DNA of 62,916 nucleotides, the filler included, from Thraustochytrium aureum (lineage: Eukaryota): the NCBI GenBank assembly GCA_012862495.1. It is 3 parts of one record of this genome, joined end to end, with 100 filler letters (N's around TTAATTAATTAA, not from the genome) between each part and the next. Parts side by side here need not be neighbours in the genome. Positions count along the whole stretch, not along the records: positions 46,200 to 62,916 come from BLSG01000182.1; 2 more parts are not named here. The stretch is one strand, 5' to 3'. A model generated the notes under the pieces. It did not search any database. It worked only from the letters and a program-made list of their open reading frames with translations, and was not told the DNA's origin. Positions 46,200 through 57,698 of this stretch are shown here, piece by piece. Each line of letters begins with the position of its first letter. Position 1 is the stretch's first letter. Made by a program: the position numbers and the translations under genes.

Positions 46200-48704
46200 A
46201 GTCCAAGACTCCACGTTGGCCTGTCCAGGAGTCGTTGATCCACTGGCAACTTGCGCAGCACGGCGCAGCGCCTCCCTGCGACGGCGTTGTCCCGCCTGCA
46301 GGCTTCAGACCAGCGCTTACGTAGGCAGCATGACTCCCCACCAGAGCAGACGACATCTTATTTGCTTGCTTTATCAAGAGCCGCGGGGGGCTCTTTGGAT
46401 GGGAATCGGGAGGTGAGGTCTCGGCCGGCTTCCTGCTGCGCGCCTTTGCGCGGTGTCAGCAACCTCCCTGGCGACATTCGTATCTGACCGTCCGTCAAGG
46501 TCCGGGCCACGGCCTCTTGAGCGATGCGGTATGGAAGCTAGCAGCTTGCTCGTTCGTGCGGCGGTTGCGGGGCTCCTCCAAGGATTCTCGTTTTCTAGCG
46601 CTGCGACGGTGTGAGGGAGCGGGCCGAGCCAGCACATCGCCAGCTCAAGTGCGGTATCAGCTGTGTGCTCGCGCGGCGAGTCTCACCTAGCGCCACTGCC
46701 GCTGAAGTTTGCGCGCGACGACGGCGTTCCCGCCCCAGCGCCGAGCTGCCTCCTTTTCCGCGCCTTCAAGCACCTCCCTGCGCTGGTATTGACTCGAGCG
46801 CTCCGCTGCTGCCGGTGACGGCGGTTTTGCAGCAGCTACCGCCATACAAACCAGCCAACCAGCGGCCGTGTCGGTTGCTTCTCGTCCTTCTACGAGGCCG
46901 CTACACCCACGCTGTGGGTCGATCCATCCGCCAAGATGATCATGATCTGCAATGATCGTGATTCAGCAAGTCCAGGTTGATACGGCCTTCTGTAGCGCAG
47001 AGTAAGTACTCTACTTACCTCTCTTCTCTACCTTCACTCTGGTCGCAGAGGCGTTGGCCGCGGCGCTGAACGGCGCGCCGCGCCTGCTTTCGCTTGTTGC
47101 ATTTCGCTTGTTGCTTTTCGCTTGCTCGCTCGCATCTCGCTGCACATTCGCCGCCGACCGGTGCCATCTCACCTACTCGCTCGACCTACTCGCTCGCAAG
47201 TACCGTTGTCGGCAAGTCGTCGATCACAACAGCAAAGCAACAGATGGCGCTCGGACGGGTGGCGCGCTCGGAGCCGCGCGAACTAGCGCACGGCGGCGCT
47301 GTTTCCCCGCAGCCTCCGAGATTCTGTATTTGTACGGACTCGTACGCTCTGCCTCCTCGCCCTTCGCGTTTTTCCCTCCGAGCGAGTCCACGCGGCCGCG
47401 CGGCTGCCCCGCGCGTCACACCGCCCCCCTTCACGTCACGAAGCGCGGTACGTCCGCTTTTTCGCCTTCGGTGTCCGTCCCCCGCCGTGAGGGGCGCGCG
47501 GCTTTGTGAGGGCAACCGTGTGAGGGCGGCGGCGGCTGTGAGAGGGGCTCGAGGGAGTCACGGAAGAGAGGGGCTTGCTGTGAGGGCCGCGAGCGCCCTC
47601 AGAAGACGGTTGTGAGTACCGCGCTGTGAGGGCGCCGCGCTCGCCTCTAACCGCGATTGTGAGTGCGAAGAGCCCTCCACAAAGCAGCGACTAGGGCCAA
47701 GGTGAGCGCGCGTCGGACGGCACGTTGTTGATAGGGGGAATCGCGCAAGGAGGCCGACGACCTGCATGGGCAAACACCGAACAGCCCGCGACAAGAAGAG
47801 ACCACGCTCCCCGTGCAACAAGCAGAGACTCGAGACGACAAGGACGACAAGGAGGGCTCGAGCATCAGGACGACAANNNNNNNNNNNNNNNNNNNNNNNN
47901 NNNNNNNNNNNNNNNNNNNNNNNNNNNNNNNNNNNNNNNNNNNNNNNNNNNNNNNNNNNNNNNNNNNNNNNNNNNNNNNNNNNNNNNNNNNNNNNNNNNN
48001 NNNNNNNNNNNNNNNNNNNNNNNNNNNNNNNNNNNNNNNNNNNNNNNNNNNNNNNNNNNNNNNNNNNNNNNNNNNNNNNNNNNNNNNNNNNNNNNNNNNN
48101 NNNNNNNNNNNNNNNNNNNNNNNNNNNNNNNNNNNNNNNNNNNNNNNNNNNNNNNNNNNNNNNNNNNNNNNNNNNNNNNNNNNNNNNNNNNNNNNNNNNN
48201 NNNNNNNNNNNNNNNNNNNNNNNNNNNNNNNNNNNNNNNNNNNNNNNNNNNNNNNNNNNNNNNNNNNNNNNNNNNNNNNNNNNNNNNNNNNNNNNNNNNN
48301 NNNNNNNNNNNNNNNNNNNNNNNNNNNNNNNNNNNNNNNNNNNNNNNNNNNNNNNNNNNNNNNNNNNNNNNNNNNNNNNNNNNNNNNNNNNNNNNNNNNN
48401 NNNNNNNNNNNNNNNNNNNNNNNNNNNNNNNNNNNNNNNNNNNNNNNNNNNNNNNNNNNNNNNNNNNNNNNNNNNNNNNNNNNNNNNNNNNNNNNNNNNN
48501 NNNNNNNNNNNNNNNNNNNNNNNNNNNNNNNNNNNNNNNNNNNNNNNNNNNNNNNNNNNNNNNNNNNNNNNNNNNNNNNNNNNNNNNNNNNNNNNNNNNN
48601 NNNNNNNNNNNNNNNNNNNNNNNNNNNNNNNNNNNNNNNNNNNNNNNNNNNNNNNNNNNNNNNNNNNNNNNNNNNNNNNNNNNNNNNNNNNNNNNNNNNN
48701 NNNG

Positions 48705-49040
48705 GCGCTCGACCCCTCGATCATCAAGGGCAAGTGGACCGACGCCGAGGACGACTCGCTCCGCTGCGCCGTCGACAAGCTCGGCTTCAAGTGGAAGCAG
48801 ATCTCCAAGCTGATCCCCGGCCGCACCGGCAAGCAGTGCCGCGACCGGTACACCTCGCGCCTCGACCCCCAGCTCACGCTGGGTAACTGGAGTGCGGAGG
48901 AGGAGGAGATTGCGCTCAAGGCGCATGCCAAGTACGGCAACAAGTGGGCCACCATCCAAAAGATGCTCCCCAACCGGAGCTGGTACACGATCAAGTGGAA
49001 GATCCACTGCATGCGCCGGGAGGGCCGGACGATGGCATGA
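48705..49040 (+). CDS. MYB repeat transcription factor, 5' part in gap
   Basis: LDPSIIKGKWTDAEDDSL...WKQISKLIPGRTGKQCRDRY...LDP...WSAEEE.I....H..YGNKWATI...LPNRS gives two complete MYB repeats. The leading LDP suggests the end of a third repeat. Confidence 0.92.
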   Translation, partial: ALDPSIIKGKWTDAEDDSLRCAVDKLGFKWKQISKLIPGRTGKQCRDRYTSRLDPQLTLGNWSAEEEEIALKAHAKYGNKWATIQKMLPNRSWYTIKWKIHCMRREGRTMA

Positions 49041-50271
49041 CAACGGCAGGCCTTGCCGCCGCCCTCACCGCAGCACATGCGGACGGACGCCTTGTCCTCG
49101 TGACTGCTTCATGACTACGTAAAAAAACTGCTTGCACCTGACTGTCCGTCTCTCTCGCTTGTGGAGCACTTGGAGTACTTGCGCGCCCGCTGGCGGCGAT
49201 GCGTTCTTCGACAGCGTTCCAACACGTTGGTAGGCCTATGTAAGTGAAGAGAAAGCGAACAGCGGCCGGCGGATCGCCGTGCGCAGGGAAGGAGCTCGGG
49301 AGCGGTCTCGCGACCGCACCGTTGCGCGGAGAGGAACGAACGACAAGTACGGACGGGCCCAGCCCGCGCGCTCCTGCATGCGAACCTCGAGCACCCACCG
49401 AGCTCCCACCTACCTATCGAGTATGCACAGTGTGAATAGCCAGCCGCTCCTCGCGCCCACAAGCCCAGAACTGGCAGGCGCTGCAGCAGGTGTACTCTCC
49501 TGTGCCCAGCGTCCTCGATCAATCATCCCAACCCCTGCCACGCTCGCAGGCACTCTACCGCTACGAGTGGCGTGCACGCGCCAGCCCACTCGGCCGCTCA
49601 CATCGCCCAAAACACCCGACAGTCCTCAGTCACCCTCAGGGCCTCCTAAACGTAAATACCCCGAGGTGGCGTTGCCCACTCAAGAGACAGCGCACGGCAT
49701 GAGGGGCGCAAACGCGGCAGGGGAACCCCCTCAGAGGAGCCCGCTGGATTCTCCGATGAAAACCACAGTTTGTGGAGCATTCAGAGAGAGACTCGCTCTC
49801 ACATCTCCTCACATCCCCGGCTNNNNNNNNNNNNNNNNNNNNNNNNNNNNNNNNNNNNNNNNNNNNNNNNNNNNNNNNNNNNNNNNNNNNNNNNNNNNNN
49901 NNNNNNNNNNNNNNNNNNNNNNNNNNNNNNNNNNNNNNNNNNNNNNNNNNNNNNNNNNNNNNNNNNNNNNNNNNNNNNNNNNNNNNNNNNNNNNNNNNNN
50001 NNNNNNNNNNNNNNNNNNNNNNNNNNNNNNNNNNNNNNNNNNNNNNNNNNNNNNNNNNNNNNNNNNNNNNNNNNNNNNNNNNNNNNNNNNNNNNNNNNNN
50101 NNNNNNNNNNNNNNNNNNNNNNNNNNNNNNNNNNNNNNNNNNNNNNNNNNNNNNNNNNNNNNNNNNNNNNNNNNNNNNNNNNNNNNNNNNNNNNNNNNNN
50201 NNNNNNNNNNNNNNNNNNNNNNNNNNNNNNNNNNNNNNNNNNNNNNNNNNNNNNNNNNNNNNNNNNNNNNN

Positions 50272-52328
50272 CGAGCCCCGTGGACCGCGCGGCGGAGGAG
50301 GACCTCGTCGGCGGCGTCGGGCGGACGATAGAACAGGTCAAGGCCGGCGAAGTGCCGGAGGAGCGCGACGCGATGGTCGCCCTCGAAGTGGCCGCGTCGC
50401 GGCACACGATCTACCGCAAGCGCATGCGGCAGTTCAACCCGAACGGGGCCCTCGAGTACAACCAGAGCGCCACCTACCTGCACCTGCGCAACCTGCTCGA
50501 CGAGCCCGTCGGGCGCTTCTACCTGAAGGAGTTTGCCAAGGAGAAGAAACTGGCCGCAATGGACGACCTCGTGGACGCCTGGGTCAGCATCCAGCACCTC
50601 AAATCGCACAAGGATCTCACCCTGGACGTCGTGATGCGCCAGGCCGAGCTGGAGGACAACGCCGAGAAGGAAGACAAGGCGACGGACAAGTCGACCTCGC
50701 GCAAGTCGCAGTCCTCTGAAAACGCTGTAAACGAGGCCGACTCTGTCCTGCACGCCCTCTCGGACGCGCCGGCGGCCCCGCCTCCCGCAACCGGGCTGCC
50801 CGTGACCCTGTACGGGTACCCCATCGAGTACCCCTCGGACGCGGACATCCTTGCAATGTCGCGCAAGCTGCTCGAGACCTTTGTGAACGCCAGTGCCAAG
50901 CGCCCCCTGCGCAAGTACCTGGACCACGACCTGCTCGCCAAGTGCAACGAGCTCGCCGCGGCGGCCCTCGCGTCCGGCAACGCCGAGGCGCTCCGGCACC
51001 AGATCTTCGTCGAGGTCCAAAACGCCTGCTTCATGTACCTCATCAACAACAACCTGCACAGCAAGTTCCGCGAGCACTCCGAGTACAAGCGGTACAAGCT
51101 CAAGTTCCAGCGCTGCTACAACACCATCTCGCACCGCGACTTTGACTTTATGTCGACCCTCGGCAAGGGCTCGTTCGGCCGCGTCATCCGCGTGCGGAAG
51201 AAGACCACCGGGGCCCAGTTCGCGCTCAAGGTGATGAGCAAGAAGAAGATCCTCTCCGGCGCCGAGTCGGCCGAGCAAGTCACCATCGAGCGCAACGTGC
51301 TGGTCATGTGCAAGTGCCCCTCCATCGTGAAGACGGAATTCGCCTTCCAGACGAGCCGGGCCCTGTTCCTCGCGCTCGAGCTGCTGGAAGGCGGCACTCT
51401 CGTTGACGCGATGCGGGCCAACGCGGGCGGCGTGCTCTCTCTCGAGCAGACCGTCTTCCTGACAGCCCAAATGGTCTTGGGGCTCGAGCACCTGCACAAG
51501 CACGGCGTCCTTTACCGCGACCTCAAGCCCGTCAACGTCATGATCGACCGCCGCGGCAACGCGGTGCTTACCGACATGGGTCTTGCCGCCAAGTTTCGCG
51601 ACTCCGTCTTCCCAAAAGAGGAGGGCGGCTACTCGAGCAACGGCAACCGCCTCCTGCGCCGCAAGAGCATGCACAAACTCAAACCGGAGGAGCTCAAGTG
51701 CGTCGGCACCTACGGGTACCGCGCCCCGGAGGTGCTCGCTGTGAGCGAGCACAGGACGGGCTACACCGAGGTCATCGACTATTGGGCGCTCGGCGTCACC
51801 GTCTTTTTCCTCATGCATGCGCGCCTCCCCTTCTCCAAAAAGCCCGGCCGCAAGTCGCTCCTCGGAGGCCAGGTCAACCCCAAAGAGCAGGAGCGGCGCC
51901 TGCACAAGGAGCCGCTCAACCTGCCCAAGGATCTCGACGTGGACGCGCGTTCCTTCATCGAGGGCCTCCTGGAGGTTGACCCCGAGAAGCGGCTCGGCTC
52001 GAGCGTCGAGGTCGTCAAGGACCACAACTTTTTCAAGAGCATCGACTGGGACAAGCTTGCCGATCGCAAGCTCACCCCGCCCTACCGCCCGCGCGTGCCC
52101 AAGCGCAGCAGCGATGAAAAGCCGGCGTACGAGGGCCTCGCCGAGGCGATGCAGCAGTTTACGCAGGACAACGTCCTCGAGCTTTTCGGTGGCGAAAACG
52201 AGATGAACGACGAGTACACGCACGTGAACCGCAAGGACCAGCGCCTATTTCGCGAGTGGGAGCTCCAGCCAGACTCTATCCTCGAGAAGGATTGGGAGAT
52301 CAGCGGCGAGAACCGCCTCTTCGACTGA
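50272..52328 (+). CDS. RGS-domain AGC kinase (GRK-like), 5' end in gap
   Basis: RGS-like start LRNLLDEPVGRFYLKEFAKE and end HSKFREHSEYKRY. Kinase motifs LGKGSFGRV, ALKVMSKK, YRDLKPVNV, TDMGLA, VGTYGYRAPEV, DYWALG, AGC tail FFKSIDWDKL...PPYRP. Confidence 0.88.
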
Positions 52329-52797
52329 AAACCGCGCCCCGCCTCGTTATCTATAAAAAAGCCTTTCTGCGTCCGCTCGTTCGTCCGCGCCACCGCTGGG
52401 TGTCCAGGACCGCTTGGCGTTCGCAGGTCCGCTGCGGCCCCAGCCTCGAGGCTTGACGGCGGCGAGCGTGTCAAAAAGTGCCTGCCACGGTCAGTGCCGA
52501 TGTGCTCCGCCAAGTCAACGTTTTGGCACAGCTTCATCACTGTGCCCGAAACTGGCGAGGACGCACGGACGGCGGCTCGGTGCGTGGAGCCCTCGCGCTT
52601 ATGAGTTGTCGCGGTCTCGGCGCCACGCTTGGTTGTTTGCTGGACGAGGCAGTGCCGCCTCAAGGGCCGGGGCGTTGGCTGGCTGGGCGTTGGCGGACCC
52701 CAGAGGGCGTGGTCGTCCACCATCAGGTCGACGACGTGCAAGTCCTCGACTCGAACGTAGGACTCTGAGTCTCTACTCGACCAGGGCCACAAGACGA

Positions 52798-54222
52798 ATG
52801 CAGCGGCTGTACCAGGCGACGGTGGCAAGGGGCGTGATCAAGGCGAATGCGCGGCAAGAGGCGGTCGTCGCGGCACTTGGGAGCCTGCAGCGGCGGCTGG
52901 CAAAGTATGAACCGCAGCTGGACGAGTTTCGTGCCAAGCAGGCTGCCTTCCTGCGCGCCCCCCACGAAGGCCAACCGCAAGAGGGCGGGCAAGGCCCCGT
53001 GCCTGCAGAGCCCCCCACGCCGCCGCGTAAGCCGCGCGGGCTCTACTTGCACGGCCACGTGGGGACGGGCAAGACGATGCTGATGGACATGTTTTTCGAA
53101 ACCACGCAAGCGGAGCGCAAGCGCCGCGTCCACTTGCACGACTTCATGAACGAGGTGCACGAGCGCATCCACCGGTGGAAGCACACCGAGCGCGTTCGCC
53201 TCGCTGAGGAGGAAAAGCGGGAAGAGGAGCTGCAGCTAGACAAGGCAAGCAAGACCCAGCGCCACGCAGCCGGCCCTGCTGGACAGGACGAGCCCCAGGA
53301 CCCGCAACGCGCCGGCGAGCACCACGTGGGCCCTGCGGCGGCGCTCCCAATCCGCCCGCGCTTTGACGCGGCAGGAACCCGGCTGCCGCCGCGCGTGTCG
53401 GAAAGTGACGGAATCGCCCAAGTGGGCAGGCAACTGGCCCAAGAAAACTCGCTGCTTGCCTTTGACGAGTTTGTGGTAACAGACGTTGTCGACGCGCTCA
53501 TCCTCAAGCACCTGTTCGGCGTCATGTTCGAGGAGGGCACTGTGATGGTGGCCACCTCCAACACGGCGCCAGGCGACCTGTACAGGGACGGGCTCAACTA
53601 CTATTACTTTGCGCCGTTCATTGGGCTGCTCACCGCGCACTGCAAGGTCCTAGACATGGACATGGCCACCGACTTTCGGCTCGAGCTCGGCACCGCGGTC
53701 GGCGCGCGGTACCTTTGGCCCGCAACTCGGGAGAATCAGCTCCGCTTCGAGGAGACGTTCAACAAGCTTTGCTCGAGCTCGAGCGTCGTGCAGTGCGAGC
53801 TCAAGGTGGCGTTTGGCCGCACGTTGGTTGTGCCGGCCTGCGCCGCGGACATGTCCGTCTGCAGGTTCTCGTTTGACTACTTGTGCGGCGACCGTGAGCC
53901 GGTCCTCTCCGCCGCAGACTACAAGTCCCTCTGCGACACCTTTGACACGATCATGATCGAAGGCGTCCCGCGCCTCGGGCTCGGCAACCACAACGAGACG
54001 CGGCGCTTCATCACGCTCGTGGACCAGCTCTACGACCGTGGCGTCCAGGTGGTCCTTCTCGCGGACGTCGGCCCGCTCGAGCTCTACGACGGCGGCTCGC
54101 AGTTGACAGAGTCGGACCAGGAAAAGGACGGAGAGCTCTTCTCGCTCAAGGAAATGCGCACCGCGTCTCGCCGCATGGCCTCGCGCCTCGTCGAGATGAC
54201 GCGCGGCGCGCTCGGACCATAA
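52798..54222 (+). CDS. AFG1: AFG1/LACE1/ZapE-like ATPase
   Basis: PRGLYLHGHVGTGKTMLMDMFF, RVHLHDFMNEVH, LLAFDEFVVTDVVDALIL, VATSN.AP.DLY..GLN, RRFITLVDQLYD, SRLVEM. Confidence 0.93.
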   Translation: MQRLYQATVARGVIKANARQEAVVAALGSLQRRLAKYEPQLDEFRAKQAAFLRAPHEGQPQEGGQGPVPAEPPTPPRKPRGLYLHGHVGTGKTMLMDMFFETTQAERKRRVHLHDFMNEVHERIHRWKHTERVRLAEEEKREEELQLDKASKTQRHAAGPAGQDEPQDPQRAGEHHVGPAAALPIRPRFDAAGTRLPPRVSESDGIAQVGRQLAQENSLLAFDEFVVTDVVDALILKHLFGVMFEEGTVMVATSNTAPGDLYRDGLNYYYFAPFIGLLTAHCKVLDMDMATDFRLELGTAVGARYLWPATRENQLRFEETFNKLCSSSSVVQCELKVAFGRTLVVPACAADMSVCRFSFDYLCGDREPVLSAADYKSLCDTFDTIMIEGVPRLGLGNHNETRRFITLVDQLYDRGVQVVLLADVGPLELYDGGSQLTESDQEKDGELFSLKEMRTASRRMASRLVEMTRGALGP

Positions 54223-54319
54223 TAGCCCCCCGTTCGTTCGCAACCCCGCGCTTGACGAAACAGACTCCCGTCATCATCGCAAAACCTTCTCCGTCACTTG
54301 CGCCGTTTACAGCCACGGA

Positions 54320-54356
54320 TTCAGGTGTCTTCAGGTGCCTTCAGGCGCCTTCAGGC
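54320..54356. repeat. 10-bp tandem repeat, about 3.7 copies
   Basis: TTCAGGTGTC TTCAGGTGCC TTCAGGCGCC TTCAGGC. Confidence 0.75.
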
Positions 54357-54589
54357 CGTCCTCGCCGTCGCCGCGTCCCGGCAGGCCGCGTTGTCTGGGG
54401 GCACAACTCGCCAGACGACTTGCAACGTCGAGTAGATCTCGCTGCGCAACACGCCGCGCGCCCGCCCGCAAGGCGGAAGAAGCAGCAGCAGCGGCGGCGG
54501 CGGCAGCAGCAGCAGCGCCGAGGTGCTCTACAGCGCTCTTGCTCTTGCGCCGAGGCCGCAGCCGGCCCGGCGGCCTTGCGGCGCGCGGG

Positions 54590-56102
54590 ATGGCGGCTGC
54601 GGAGACGGTACGCGAGCTCCAAGATGCCGCAGCTGATGCCGCCGCGCTGGAGGCCTTGCTGCTCGCGGGGACCGAGGCGCGCGCAGAGGACTTGCGGCGC
54701 CGAGTAGAGCACAGCACAGCTGCTGTGGAGCGCGCNNNNNNNNNNNNNNNNNNNNNNNNNNNNNNNNNNNNNNNNNNNNNNNNNNNNNNNNNNNNNNNNN
54801 NNNNNNNNNNNNNNNNNNNNNNNNNNNNNNNNNNNNNNNNNNNNNNNNNNNNNNNNNNNNNNNNNNNNNNNNNNNNNNNNNNNNNNNNNNNNNNNNNNNN
54901 NNNNNNNNNNNNNNNNNNNNNNNNNNNNNNNNNNNNNNNNNNNNNNNNNNNNNNNNNNNNNNNNNNNNNNNNNNNNNNNNNNNNNNNNNNNNNNNNNNNN
55001 NNNNNNNNNNNNNNNNNNNNNNNNNNNNNNNNNNNNNNNNNNNNNNNNNNNNNNNNNNNNNNNNNNNNNNNNNNNNNNNNNNNNNNNNNNNNNNNNNNNN
55101 NNNNNNNNNNNNNNNNNNNNNNNNNNNNNNNNNNNNNNNNNNNNNNNNNNNNNNNNNNNNNNNNNNNNNNNNNNNNNNNNNNNNNNNNNNNNNNNNNNNN
55201 CGCGCCGGCCCACGCAAGTGCTCCACCGCTGCGTGCGCATCCTCAATCTCAGCCTTCAGAGCCTCAAGGTCGTTGGCGAGGAGAGCGGCCCCGACAGCGA
55301 GCAGGCTCGAGCAAAGGCCGCCCAGCTCGTGCAGGGCGCTTCCGAGGCCACAATTGCCTGCTTGTCGTGGTGCGTGCGCGACATTAAGGCGCCAGGCCGC
55401 CCCGTCTTTCCCTGCGGCGCATCTCGCGCGCGCATCGAACTGGCCCAAGAGATCCTCGGCCTCCAGGTGCTCTTGGCCTCCGAGATCGGGACGGACGCGC
55501 TCGCCGGCAAAGGCGGCGGCGCCGCGACCGAGGCATTCACCCAGCTCGGGCTGCTGCTCGTGCAGATCTTGCTGGCCCCGATGGACGCCCCCTTTGCACT
55601 AGAGCTCAAGTCTCGGGTGGTGACCGTCCTGACCTTTATGCCGCCCGAGTACGCCAACTTTTTGTCCGCGAACAGGGTGTTCCCGGCCCTGCTCGAGGTC
55701 CTCGAGCGGCAAATCCATGCCACGATGCTCCAGGGCGACGCTGCTGCGCTCGAAGCGCGCCTGGTCCCGTGCCTCTTGGTGCTGTCCAAGGCCATCGAGG
55801 CCAGCCCGCTGGCCCGCCAAGCGATCGAGCCGCTGGTTTTCCCTTTCGACGAGGAGGAGTCAACCGGCGCGGCGGAATCGCAGCATCAAAAACCGAGCAT
55901 AGACCCGAAGAACGTGCCCAAGGGCTCGTTCCACTACTATCTGTTCAAACTGATGAACGTCTCGTCGGAGAACGTGTCGCGTCTGTGCGGCGAGTTTTTG
56001 TGGAAGCTTTGCGGCGAGGACGGTGACCTGTTCGCGAGCCGGACAGGTCTGGGTAATGCGGTGGGCATGCTTCAGCTCAAGGGCCTGCTCAAGGTGGGCT
56101 GA
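54590..56102 (+). CDS. Ric-8/synembryn-like G-alpha chaperone/GEF spanning a gap, start uncertain
   Basis: C-terminal block LFKLMNVSSENVSRLCGEFLWKLCGEDGDLFASRTGLGNAVGMLQLKGL matches the Ric-8 consensus (LVRLMT...AAEFLFVLC.E...F...TGYGNAAGLL..RGL), preceded by LVPCLLVL and LVFP. Confidence 0.8.
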
Positions 56103-56395
56103 GCGGGAGCGGGCGTGCAGGTCGTTGTTCCTTCTGGATCAAGTCAACTCTTTCGCGGCCGCCGCACGCCCGTCGCGAAGTTTCAGACAAATCTCAAGCT
56201 TGGTCTTCTGGAGCTAGAGCGGCAAGTGCGTGACGGAGCGCTCCTGCCGGCGTAACACCAACATGAACTTGATTTTGCTGGGCTCGCACTTTCCCCCTGT
56301 CCGAGAGGAGCGGCTTCCCTTGTGCTTCGGCTGTGGATCGAGATCAAGCAAGAACTACTAACTGGCCGGCCCCCAGCCCGACAAGCCCCTAGCCT

Positions 56396-57698
56396 TTAGC
56401 CTGACATGCCCCGAAACTCGGACGCAAAGGCGCGGATCGCCTGAGACAGCTGGCCGACGAGGCCCTGAGGCGTCTTGTCCATGAGCGCATCTCTGATGCG
56501 GCCCTGGTTGGCTCCTGCCTTTTCGCGGTTGCTCCACCGCAGCTCGGCCTCGACCTCATCGTCGTCGTTGATCGAGTCGCCAGACACGTCAGGAAAGAAG
56601 AGCGAGCCCTTGATCGGTTTCCCGTCGACACTGACCTCCCAATTGATGGAAAAGTTGAAGTCAAAAATGTGCCGCCGCTTCCCACGCGTGAACGTGATGG
56701 AGGCGTCGCCTTCCAAGTCGACGAGGTCGACGGCGCGGAGCTCCTCCGGGACGGTGTCGCCGTCGGCGTCTTCAACGCTGACCGAGACTTTGGGCCCCAC
56801 GAGGAGCTCTTTGAGGCGGGCCTTGGCCCAGTCGGACATGGTCTTCTCCTCGAATGTGCCGCCTTGGTTCCAGACCGAGGCGCCCTTTTCGGCCATGGCC
56901 TTTTCTTGCTCGAGGATTTTGTCTAGCTCGTCTTGGACCTGCTTTGGCTTGTTGTCCTTCAGGAGCTTCCTTTTCTTCCTCGCTCAGCTCGCGGTTAAAG
57001 TAGGTGGTCTTACGGCCGTCCGCGAGCGTGCGGTAGCCGCGCATGCTGAGGTCCTTCTCTGCCTTGGCCTTCGCGGCGGGCTTGGCTGCCGCCGGCTTGG
57101 CCGCAGGCGCGGCGACCGGCTTGCGCGCAATGGACTGCGGCAGCGGCGTGCTCTTTTCGTCCGCGTCCTTTTGGGCGAGGCGCTCGGCCTCGCGCGCCTC
57201 CTCGGCGGCGCGCTCCTCCTTGCGCTGGGGCATCTTGGCCAGCTCTGACTTGGCAGCCTTGTTACCGGGGTCGAGGCGGAGCACCTCGTTGAGGGACACC
57301 TCGGCCTCCTCGAGCTTGCGGAGGCCGATTTCGGCCTGCGCGCGCCGATAGAAGCCCTTGACCCAGGCTGGGTCTACCTCGGTGGCCTTCTGGGCGTCTT
57401 CGAGGGCCTCTTTGAATCGGCCCATGCCTGCGCGGGTCGCGCTGCGGTTTCCGTACAGCGCGGCCATCTTTGGGTCGTGCTCGATCGCCTTCGAGTAGAG
57501 CACCTCGGCCTCTGGGAACGACTTGAACGAGAAGGCGGCGTTTCCGCGCCGCTTGAGCTCCTCCACGAGCCGCTCGCGTGCTTCGTCCGAGTCGGGCTTG
57601 GCGTGCAGCACGTCGTTGTGCTGGTTGCCCCCATAAAACGCCGCGGAGGCCTGCGAGCTCGCCGCGCCGGCGCCGCCGGCGCCGCCACCGTCGCCCAT
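56396..57698 (-). CDS. TPR plus Aha1 N-domain Hsp90 co-chaperone, frameshift near 56975
   Basis: Three TPRs (ELKRRGNAAF...YSKAIEHDP...LYGNRSA...WVKGFYRRAQA...LDPGN), linker RGYRTLADGRKTTYFNREL, Aha1-N SVWNQGGTFEEK.MSDWAKARLKELL...LEGDASITFTRGKRRHIFDF. Confidence 0.85.

Noticed and set aside
49809..52223. Long antisense ORFs opposite the kinase, PDR, SHPRH and ARM genes
   Set aside because: These are expected shadow frames of GC3-rich coding DNA with no recognisable motifs, and some are inflated by N runs.
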